From NCBI GenBank assembly GCA_963775845.1, contig CAVZKN010000004.1, positions 216,865 to 280,864 of the forward strand: 64,000 bases of DNA. The letters run 5' to 3'. Positions within the stretch are counted from its first letter, which is position 1. Each line of letters starts with the position of its first letter. Below are positions 9,668 to 17,155 of the stretch, piece after piece. The translations under genes were made by a program, and so were the position numbers. Below the pieces are notes generated by a model that saw only the letters and a program-made list of their open reading frames with translations, made no database searches and had not been told where the DNA came from. The stretch comes from an uncultured Acidobacteriaceae bacterium. Its GTDB lineage: Bacteria; Acidobacteriota; Terriglobia; Terriglobales; Acidobacteriaceae.

Positions 9668-10561
9668 TTGACAAAGTCAAAAATGGTCTTCGTGTTCCTG
9701 CTAGTTCTTGGCTCGATTTGCAGCGCGCAGCTTTCGGAGCCCGCTCGCTGGGCGGCCACTGTGGCTGGCCAATACCTGATTTATCCCGATCGCGTCTATG
9801 GTGTCGCCAACAATTACCAGTTGAAGCTGGATGTTTGGCAGAAGCAAGACTCAAAAGACCCGCTTCCAACTGTCATTTATATTCACGGCGGCGGCTGGAT
9901 TTTCGGCGACCGGACCGGATCGACCTTGCAGCTGATGCCCTACCTTCAGCTCGGGTGGAACGCGGTGAATGTCGAATACCGCATGGCGAGCGTGTCTCCC
10001 GCGCCTGCGGCCGTCGAGGATTGCCGCTGCGCCCTGCGCTGGGTAGTACAGCACGCCGCGGAATATAACATTGATGTCAACCGGATCGTGCTCACGGGAA
10101 ATTCCGCCGGAGGCCACCTGGCCTTGACTACCGGCCTGCTCACCCCCGAAGCAGGTCTCGACAACCAGTGTTTTGGGCCCGAATCTCTGAAGGTCGCTGC
10201 CATCATCAACTGGTATGGCATTTCGGATGTAAATGACCTGCTTGCCGGCCCGAACCTCAGGAATTATGCAGTGCAGTGGTTGGGAAGCCAGCCCGATCGC
10301 GCGGCCATTGCCAGGCGAGTTTCGCCGCTCACCTATGTCCATGCGGGGAATCCCCCTGTTCTTACCGTTCATGGAGATGCAGACCCCGTGGTTCCATACA
10401 CCCAGTCGGTTCGCCTCCACCAGGCGCTCACCGAAGCCGGAGTTAAAAATGAACTGGTGACTGTTCATGGCGGCGGACACGGCGGTTTCACTCCTGATCA
10501 ATTGCAGGATGCGTTCGCCAAAATTACCGCGTTTCTGAAGGCACAGGGTGCGATTCGTTAG
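9668..10561 (+). CDS. Secreted alpha/beta-hydrolase, HSL-type carboxylesterase
   Basis: Signal peptide, HGGGW oxyanion motif and GNSAGG nucleophile elbow (GxSxG). An alternative ATG is at 9683. Confidence 0.75.
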   Translation: MTKSKMVFVFLLVLGSICSAQLSEPARWAATVAGQYLIYPDRVYGVANNYQLKLDVWQKQDSKDPLPTVIYIHGGGWIFGDRTGSTLQLMPYLQLGWNAVNVEYRMASVSPAPAAVEDCRCALRWVVQHAAEYNIDVNRIVLTGNSAGGHLALTTGLLTPEAGLDNQCFGPESLKVAAIINWYGISDVNDLLAGPNLRNYAVQWLGSQPDRAAIARRVSPLTYVHAGNPPVLTVHGDADPVVPYTQSVRLHQALTEAGVKNELVTVHGGGHGGFTPDQLQDAFAKITAFLKAQGAIR

Positions 10562-10564
10562 CCG

Positions 10565-12322
10565 ATGACGAAACCTTCCAACTACGACAAGTTCCCTTTC
10601 GTTGCCGTCAGTGCCTCGCCGGCGGAGTGCCATGTGGGCTGGCCAGCTATCGCACAGGCGATCCGCAAACCCAGTTCTGGCGAGCGTTCGGTGGTTTGCA
10701 TTGAGTGTTATCCCGCAGCGTTCATTCAAGAGATTGAAGCTGCTCTGGGCGAGGTAGGTCCCGCGTCGGTAATTCGCACAGAGTCTTTTTTCAAATCCGT
10801 CGCGGATGTCGGCAGAATGGTCGAGCAATTTCTTGGCGATGATCCCGTCTTTGGCCGCATGAACGGCATTCAAGTGGAGGATTATTTCGACCCTGCAAAG
10901 TTACTCGCGGCTAGAACTGACCTGCAACGGATGAGCACCGGGATAACAATGGTCATCGGCACTGGCGCCGCTCTGGTAGCGCCCGATGCCGACGTACTGA
11001 TCTACGCCGACATGGCGCGCTGGGAGATCCAGATGCGCTATCGCCGCAATCAGATCGGCAACCTGGGTGCGGATAACGCCTCCGCAACTTTGCCGGAGAA
11101 ATATAAGCGCGGCTATTTCGTCGACTGGCGCGCTGCGGATCGTCTCAAGCAAAAAGTTTTCCCGAAGATCGACCTCTTTCTGGATACCAACGATCCCACC
11201 ACGCCAAAGATGATTTCCGGGGACGCCTTGCGCGAGGGGTTGCGCATCACAACTCATCGCCCATTTCGCGTGGTGCCATACTTTGATCCCGGGCCCTGGG
11301 GTGGGCATTGGATGGAAGAGGTGTGTGGGCTTTCACGCGAGGGAGTTCCGAACCACGCCTGGTGCTTTGACTGCGTGCCAGAAGAAAACAGCCTACTTCT
11401 GGGCTTCGGCGACGTGAGAGTTGAGATCCCTTCCATCGATCTTGTATTTGAGCATCCTCACGAATTACTGGGCGAAGCCGTGCATGCGCGCTTCGGCAAA
11501 GAGTTTCCCATACGCTTCGACTTTCTTGACACCATGGGCGGCGGCAATCTCTCGCTTCAGGTGCATCCCTTGACCGAATATATTCAGGACAAGTTCGGGA
11601 TGCATTACACGCAGGACGAAAGCTACTACTTGCTCGACGCGGGCGACGACGGCTGCGTTTACCTTGGACTGCGGGAAAATATCGACCGCGACACAATGCT
11701 CCGGGAATTGCGAGTGGCACAGAGCGGCGGGCCCGCTTTTCCTGCGGAGAAATACGTTAACATCTGGCCCGCGAAAAAGCACGATCATTTCCTGTTACCG
11801 GCTGGGAGCATTCACTGCTCGGGCAAGAACAGCATGGTGCTGGAGATCAGTGCTACTCCCTATATCTTCACTTTCAAGCTGTGGGATTGGGGAAGGCTCG
11901 GACTGAATGGCCTGCCGCGGCCGATTCATCTCGATCACGGAGAAGCGAACATCCAGTGGGATCGCACGACAAACTGGGTGCGCCGCAACCTCGTCGATCA
12001 AATTACGCCATTCGCCTCGGGCGATGGATGGCGCGAAGAACGCACGGGTTTGCACGAACGCGAATTTATAGAAACTCGCCGCCACTGGTTTACAGGCCGC
12101 GTTCCGCATCGGGGAACCGGCGGTGTAAATGTTCTTAACCTGGTCGAAGGGCGCGAGGCCGTGGTCGAGAGTCCGACTGGAGTGTTCGAACCTTTCGTGG
12201 TGCACTATGCCGAGACGTTTATTGTTCCTGCCGCCGCCGGTGACTATACGATCCGTCCGTTCGGCGAATCGCTGGGAAAAGAGTGCGCGACCATCAAGGC
12301 TTTTGTGAGGACCAACCCCTAG
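10565..12322 (+). CDS. Mannose-6-phosphate isomerase-like (class I PMI, cupin) protein, long form
   Basis: The 585-aa ORF contains LSLQVHP...QDESYYLL and a later HCSGKNSMVLEISA block, as in PMI-type cupins. Confidence 0.55.
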   Translation: MTKPSNYDKFPFVAVSASPAECHVGWPAIAQAIRKPSSGERSVVCIECYPAAFIQEIEAALGEVGPASVIRTESFFKSVADVGRMVEQFLGDDPVFGRMNGIQVEDYFDPAKLLAARTDLQRMSTGITMVIGTGAALVAPDADVLIYADMARWEIQMRYRRNQIGNLGADNASATLPEKYKRGYFVDWRAADRLKQKVFPKIDLFLDTNDPTTPKMISGDALREGLRITTHRPFRVVPYFDPGPWGGHWMEEVCGLSREGVPNHAWCFDCVPEENSLLLGFGDVRVEIPSIDLVFEHPHELLGEAVHARFGKEFPIRFDFLDTMGGGNLSLQVHPLTEYIQDKFGMHYTQDESYYLLDAGDDGCVYLGLRENIDRDTMLRELRVAQSGGPAFPAEKYVNIWPAKKHDHFLLPAGSIHCSGKNSMVLEISATPYIFTFKLWDWGRLGLNGLPRPIHLDHGEANIQWDRTTNWVRRNLVDQITPFASGDGWREERTGLHEREFIETRRHWFTGRVPHRGTGGVNVLNLVEGREAVVESPTGVFEPFVVHYAETFIVPAAAGDYTIRPFGESLGKECATIKAFVRTNP

Positions 12323-12328
12323 CAGTTC

Positions 12329-13249
12329 TTGCGTTGCAGGAGTCTGAGCTGCGTGAAAAAAGCTTCTGTCCAATATCTGCTGGTTTTTTTGATTGTGAGC
12401 CATGTCGCAGCGCGCGCGGAGCGACAGCATGCTCATTCTGCTGACAAATCGCCGGCATCGTGTGTACGCGTACAGGATGGCGCGTTTCATAGTGTTGCTC
12501 TCGATCGCGAAATGAAATATCGCGTTCTGCTTCCTTGCCACTACAACAGAGTTAGCGGGCGCTTTCCCGTGTTGTATTTGCTCCACGGACTCTATGGAGA
12601 CTTCCTGAATTGGGACACGCACACGCGCCTGCAACGCTATGCGGCGAAATACGAATTCATCGTGGTCACGCCGGATGCGGATGATTCCTGGTACACGAAC
12701 TCGGCCACGAACGTTAAGGACAGGTTTGAAGACTACATCGCCAAAGATCTGGTGGCGGAAATCGACACAAAGTTTCGCACGCTGCGCTCGCGTCACTCGA
12801 GGGCGATTGCCGGTCTTTCGATGGGAGGATACGGCGCTGTAAAGATCGCGCTTCGCTTCGGCGACGAATTTGCCTTCGCCGGCAGTCTGAGTGGCGCGTT
12901 GAATGCGCCGTTGGATCTCGGCGACAGGCAGCCGGACTTTCGCGAGCAACTGCTCAAGGTATTTGGACCGGCCGGGAGCGCGGTGCGCGCGGACAATGAC
13001 GTATTTGCAATGCTGCGGAACACGGTTGCGAAAGACTTTCCATATTTCTATCTGGCGTGCGGGAGCGGCGACAGTTTTCTGCCCGTCAATCGCGAGTTTG
13101 TGGCGCAACTCTCTTCTGAATCCATGCGCTACGAGTATCACGAGACCGACGGAGGACACGCGTGGGATTACTGGGACCGCTCCGTCCAGGGCCTCCTCCG
13201 GGCCGTTGCGTCCGCTATATCTACGGGAAGCGATGATCGGAATGAGTGA
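12329..13249 (+). CDS. Esterase-family protein (esterase D / putative-esterase type alpha/beta hydrolase)
   Basis: FPVLYLLHG, the GLSMGGYGA nucleophile elbow and C-terminal GGHAW are typical of this family. The exact start is uncertain. Confidence 0.7.
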   Translation: MRCRSLSCVKKASVQYLLVFLIVSHVAARAERQHAHSADKSPASCVRVQDGAFHSVALDREMKYRVLLPCHYNRVSGRFPVLYLLHGLYGDFLNWDTHTRLQRYAAKYEFIVVTPDADDSWYTNSATNVKDRFEDYIAKDLVAEIDTKFRTLRSRHSRAIAGLSMGGYGAVKIALRFGDEFAFAGSLSGALNAPLDLGDRQPDFREQLLKVFGPAGSAVRADNDVFAMLRNTVAKDFPYFYLACGSGDSFLPVNREFVAQLSSESMRYEYHETDGGHAWDYWDRSVQGLLRAVASAISTGSDDRNE

Positions 13250-14235
13250 ATGACCTGGCTATTTGCATCTGCCTGATGGAGTAGGCGCTTGGTCGATTTT
13301 TTGGGAGGCCGGACCGAATAAACAACCATAGTGTCTATGTGGGTCGGCGGACCGGAGCACGCGGCTAGAATCCTGTACGTCGATCTTGGAGTTGCCGCGG
13401 ATGCGCTAGGCAGTTTGAAGCCCACGATGCATCGTAGCGAATTGACTGGTGGCTACGGTGTTTCGCAACTTGCGCCAACGCTCAGCCCATTGCTCAGTTG
13501 GCTCTCTACGAGTTTCATTTTAGACATACTCTTACTACCTCACTTCATGCTCAGTAATAACCATATGTCTCCCTCCTTACCAGCCCCATTTCTTTAGCTT
13601 TAGACCTTGGCCTAGAAGTTTAGAGCTTGGCGTTGGAGCTAGCATCTTTGGAACAGCAGCCCGACTCTGGCCGAGTCCTCTGCGATCCAAACTTGCAGTA
13701 GCGGAAAATGAGAATTGGGCGCTCCCAAACAGAAAAGCGACTGAACTGGGTTCCCAGAACTGTTTCCAGTGGCCCAGGAAAGCCCACAAGCAATTGCAGG
13801 AGGGTTACAGGTACCCAAGGAGGGTGAAATGGCCCTGCATGCCCAGTACTAGCTTAACAGGAAAGTTTCGAGAATCAGGATTTCTTAGAAATGGCGCGGG
13901 TTTCTGGGAATCGAGCTGGCGACAGGAAAGAATCAGAAAGGCTTCAGCACTTTGATGCTGCTACCAGTTCCATGTATACGAGTGTGATTTACAGCGCGAT
14001 CCAGGAGACGCAGAATTATGCCTGTATACGAGTTTGAAATTGGATCGCGGAATAGTTGAAAAAGCCTGTCCTTCCAGAAACGGCACACTACAACCATCCA
14101 GGCACGAAGCAGATTCGCGACGCGATTGATAGAAGGAATCAGTTGGTGCACTAGGAAAGTCACATTTTTAGTCACATCGTTTTAGGCGACTATGTTACGG
14201 GATGGTGCAAGTGATTGATAGCAAGAAGGTTGATT

Positions 14236-14310
14236 TGGTAGCGCTACCGGGAATCGAACCCGGGTTTGAAGATTGAGAATCTTCCGTCCTGACCCCTAGA
14301 CGATAGCGCC
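14236..14310 (-). tRNA. tRNA-Glu (anticodon CUC) with encoded CCA
   Basis: The reverse complement reads GGCGCTA TC GTCTAGGGGTCAGGAC G GAAGA TTCTCAA TCTTC AAA CCCGG GTTCGATT CCGGG TAGCGCT A CCA. All four arms fold, with a G1-U72 wobble. The anticodon loop TT-CTC-AA gives CTC. Confidence 0.9.
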
Positions 14311-14360
14311 ATGCGAGTAGTTGTGACAATCTTGGATTATAACAAAACTTGACGCTGATC

Positions 14361-14389
14361 TTGACAAAAGAGGATGGGGAAGGCATACT
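14361..14389 (+). promoter_or_regulatory. Candidate sigma70-type promoter for imuA
   Basis: TTGACA (14361-14366), a 17-nt spacer, then CATACT (14384-14389), about 80 nt upstream of the imuA ATG. Confidence 0.3.
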
Positions 14390-14395
14390 TTTGTA

Positions 14396-14428
14396 GGCGA
14401 ATAAAAAGCGAATAAACAAAAATTCGCC
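14396..14428 (+). promoter_or_regulatory. Operator-like repeat set: GCGAAT, GCGAAT, ATTCGC
   Basis: The sequence is GGCGAAT-aaaaa-GCGAAT-aaacaaaa-ATTCGCC. It contains a GCGAAT-N8-ATTCGC palindrome (14408-14427) and an outer GGCGAAT-N19-ATTCGCC, just downstream of the putative -10. Confidence 0.3.
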
Positions 14429-14469
14429 AAGGCTTTTGCCTTCAGGTTCCCTGACAATTGTGAGAAAGT

Positions 14470-15426
14470 ATGTCTGCCTCTTTGGTATTTTCATCGGCGG
14501 CCCCAGGCCGCCATTTTATTTTTCCGCCGCAGTCTTCTCCGCCCTTGATTTTGGAGTTGGAGAGCGCGGCCAAGGCTGCAAAAATTTTAACCAACATTGG
14601 CGCCATGCCAAAGTTGGCCAAGGTCGTTCCGGCGTCGCGACTTGACGTTTGTCCTGAGTTGGAAAAGGTCTCCACTGGCATTTCGCAACTGGACGCGCTT
14701 ACCGGGGGCCTGGTTCGCGGAAGTCTCACGGAAATCTGCGGCGCTGCCTCCTCTGGAAAAACCAGCGTGTTGCTTTTCGCGCTCGCCTGCGCTACCCAGC
14801 GGGGAGAAATTTGCGCGCTCGTCGATGCCAGCGATGCCTTCGACCCAGTGTCAGCCGCGGCTGCCGGCATGGAGATGAGCCGATTGCTCTGGGTGCGCTG
14901 CGGGAAAACAGTTTCCCGTTCCATTTCCCCGATTCTCAGTTCATTGCCGAAGCACAATTTTGAAAATTCGTGTGAACTCAACAAAGCACGCCGCGTTGTG
15001 GAATCGCGGCTAGAACAAGTGTTGAAAGTTACCGACCTGCTGCTGCAAAGCAACGGTTTTGGAATGATTGCTCTCGATCTCGGCGATGTCCCGGCGGAGA
15101 GTGCGCGTCGAATCCCTCTGGCATCGTGGTTCCGCTTTCGCCGCGCGGTCGAGCACACGCCCACGGTGCTGCTGGTTTCGGAACGGCAGCCGATTGCGGG
15201 GAGTTGTTCGTCGATGCTGTTGCGGGTTTCAGGAAAAAAGCCGTCAGCTGTCAGCCCTCAGCTTTCAGGAAATTCCTTGCCACATGCGGAGTTGCCGCAC
15301 GCAGAGTTGTTAGATCGATTCGAAATCACCCTGGAGTTGTTGTGCTCGCGTTTGGAAAGGAAGTTAGAGAGGAAGCCGGTGCAACCGACGGTAAGTTTCG
15401 AGAGTCGCGCCGCAGGGGCCGGATAG
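14470..15426 (+). CDS. imuA: ImuA-type RecA-fold protein of the imuA-imuB-dnaE2 cassette
   Basis: ISQLDALTGGL..GSLTEICGAASSGKTS (Walker-A-like RecA/SulA-type core) and its position directly upstream of imuB and dnaE2. The C-terminus carries short repeats. Confidence 0.75.
   Translation: MSASLVFSSAAPGRHFIFPPQSSPPLILELESAAKAAKILTNIGAMPKLAKVVPASRLDVCPELEKVSTGISQLDALTGGLVRGSLTEICGAASSGKTSVLLFALACATQRGEICALVDASDAFDPVSAAAAGMEMSRLLWVRCGKTVSRSISPILSSLPKHNFENSCELNKARRVVESRLEQVLKVTDLLLQSNGFGMIALDLGDVPAESARRIPLASWFRFRRAVEHTPTVLLVSERQPIAGSCSSMLLRVSGKKPSAVSPQLSGNSLPHAELPHAELLDRFEITLELLCSRLERKLERKPVQPTVSFESRAAGAG
15243..15270 (+). repeat. Period-7 array (TCAG-N3 x4) inside the imuA coding sequence
   Basis: The DNA reads cg TCAG ctg TCAG ccc TCAG ctt TCAG ga. 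It is followed at 15276-15308 by a 15-nt duplication encoding LPHAE-LPHAE. Confidence 0.9.
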
Positions 15427-15470
15427 CTTTTCTTACGATCTTGATACCTGCGACCTGTCACTTGGCTTTT

Positions 15471-17072
15471 ATGTTTGCCTGCATCTTTATCCCCGATTTT
15501 CCCGTGCAAGCGATCCTGCGCTTTGTGCCCCAGTTGCGCTCGCGCGCGGTTGCGCTGCTGACCGGGCATCCGCCGCTGGAGAAGGTGATGGCGTTCAATG
15601 AAAGAGCACGGCAGGCCGGCGTCGATGTAGGCATGACCAAGTCGCAACTCGAAGCATGGCAGGATCTGGTGTTGCGGTTGCGTTCGGAATCGCAGGAGAT
15701 TTCTGCTCATGCTGCATTGCTGGATTGCGCGCACTCATTTTCTCCGGAGGTAGAAGACACAGCGGCGGGTACAGTGCTGCTCAACCTGGCGGGGCTCGAA
15801 CCGTTGCTCGGTCCGCTGCCGAAGATTGCCACCGATCTGACGCATCGTGTCTCGCAGATGGGATTGGAGGCGAACATCGCCGTAGCGGCAAATCCGGATG
15901 CGGCTTCACTCGCGGCTCGTGGCTTTCACGGCGTGACTCTGATTTCCGAAGGGAGTGAAGCGGAGCGGTTGGGAAATCTGCCGGTGGAAGTGTTGCTGGA
16001 AAGTTTTTCATCCAACTTTTCTTCTGACTTTTCTTGCGACGCTAAGCAGGCCGCGCGCTGGGCAGAAACCTTTGATCGCTGGGGCATTCGCAAGTTACGG
16101 GCGCTGTCGGCCCTTCCGGAAGTTCCCGTCAGCGAGCGCATGGGACAGCCGGGAATCCGCCTGCAAAAGCTGGCACGTGGCGAGGTGGTGCGCAACCTGC
16201 GGGTATTAGAGCCGCCACTGATTTTTGCCGAGAGTGTCGATCTCGAATATCCCATTGTCCTGCTGGAACCATTGGCATTTTTGCTGAATCGCATGCTCGA
16301 ACAAGTGTGCGCTCGCTTGCGAGCGCGGGCGCTGGCGGTACAAGAGTTGCAACTGAAGCTGGAATTGGCGGGAACACAGCCGAACGATGGCACGTCACCT
16401 GCGCGCACTGCTCCAGCTACTTTCACGCGCACTCTACGACTGCCGATTCCGATGTTGGATGCAAAAGTGTTTCTGAAATTATTGCAGCTGGATTTGCAGG
16501 CGCATCCGCCAGGAGCGCCTATTGTTAAGGTGCGTCTGACGGCGGAACCGGCGCGTCCTCGAGCCATGCAGAGTGGATTGTTTCAGCCGTTATTTCCGGA
16601 GCCGGAAAAACTGGAGCTGACGCTGGCGCGCATCGCGGGCATTGTCGGCGAGGGAAGAGTGGGCGCGGTGGAATTGCTGGATACGCATCGTCCCAGCGCC
16701 TTTGCGGTGCGCCATTTTGCGCCGGAGGAACTGGCATCGGGTGCGGGGAAAGTAACCTCATCTGGAGATCATTCCCAAGAAAAAATGAGCGTGGTGATTG
16801 CGCTGCGCCTGTTTCGTCCGCCGCTCGGCGCCAGCGTTACTCTGCGGGAAGCGAAGCCGGTTCACCTGCGGTGTATGGAACGCGAGGACGTGGCCGGAGA
16901 AATCGTCTGGAAAGCCGGCCCCTGGCGTTCTTCCGGCGACTGGTCAGAACAGGAAGGCTGGTCGCGTGAGGAGTGGGACATCGCCGTGTCCAGCGGAACC
17001 GGACTGATGTTGTATCGACTCGTACAAGACAAGCTCAGTGGGAAATGGTTTGTGGAAGGGTCGTATGACTAG
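15471..17072 (+). CDS. imuB: ImuB, Y-family DNA-polymerase-like protein
   Basis: Begins MFACIFIPDFPVQAILR, a typical Y-family/ImuB N-terminus. ATG at 15471 lies after the imuA stop. The listed ORF start at 15126 would overlap imuA by about 300 nt. Confidence 0.8.
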   Translation: MFACIFIPDFPVQAILRFVPQLRSRAVALLTGHPPLEKVMAFNERARQAGVDVGMTKSQLEAWQDLVLRLRSESQEISAHAALLDCAHSFSPEVEDTAAGTVLLNLAGLEPLLGPLPKIATDLTHRVSQMGLEANIAVAANPDAASLAARGFHGVTLISEGSEAERLGNLPVEVLLESFSSNFSSDFSCDAKQAARWAETFDRWGIRKLRALSALPEVPVSERMGQPGIRLQKLARGEVVRNLRVLEPPLIFAESVDLEYPIVLLEPLAFLLNRMLEQVCARLRARALAVQELQLKLELAGTQPNDGTSPARTAPATFTRTLRLPIPMLDAKVFLKLLQLDLQAHPPGAPIVKVRLTAEPARPRAMQSGLFQPLFPEPEKLELTLARIAGIVGEGRVGAVELLDTHRPSAFAVRHFAPEELASGAGKVTSSGDHSQEKMSVVIALRLFRPPLGASVTLREAKPVHLRCMEREDVAGEIVWKAGPWRSSGDWSEQEGWSREEWDIAVSSGTGLMLYRLVQDKLSGKWFVEGSYD

Positions 17073-17155
17073 GACGGTAGTGAAAGTCGAGTCGCGAGAG
17101 GTGCATCAGCAACCCCTTTTCATAAAGTCTTCCGCCACGACTGCTAAGGCAACCG

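Noticed and set aside
13331-13597. An 88-aa plus-strand ORF in the spacer.
   Set aside because: It has no SD, odd composition (a Leu/Ser/Pro-rich tail) and no motif, and it lies in a region where every frame is broken.
13250-14235. The possibility that the ORF-poor spacer encodes RNase P RNA, tmRNA, SRP RNA or a group II intron, or holds an integrase remnant.
   Set aside because: I looked on both strands for hallmark strings: GAGGAAAGTCCGG and ACAGAAnCCGGCTTA for RNase P, GGGGCTGA... and a tag ORF for tmRNA, domain V for a group II intron, and HxLRH/LLGH in any frame for an integrase. I found none. The region stays listed as an unexplained finding only.
14195-14494. A 99-aa minus-strand ORF spanning the tRNA-Glu gene.
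   Set aside because: It overlaps a well-folding tRNA and the imuA promoter region, and its composition is not protein-like.
15126-15470. The N-terminal 115 codons of the listed imuB ORF.
   Set aside because: This part overlaps imuA in another frame. The Y-family N-terminus (MFACIFIPDFPVQ) starts at the ATG at 15471, right after the imuA stop.
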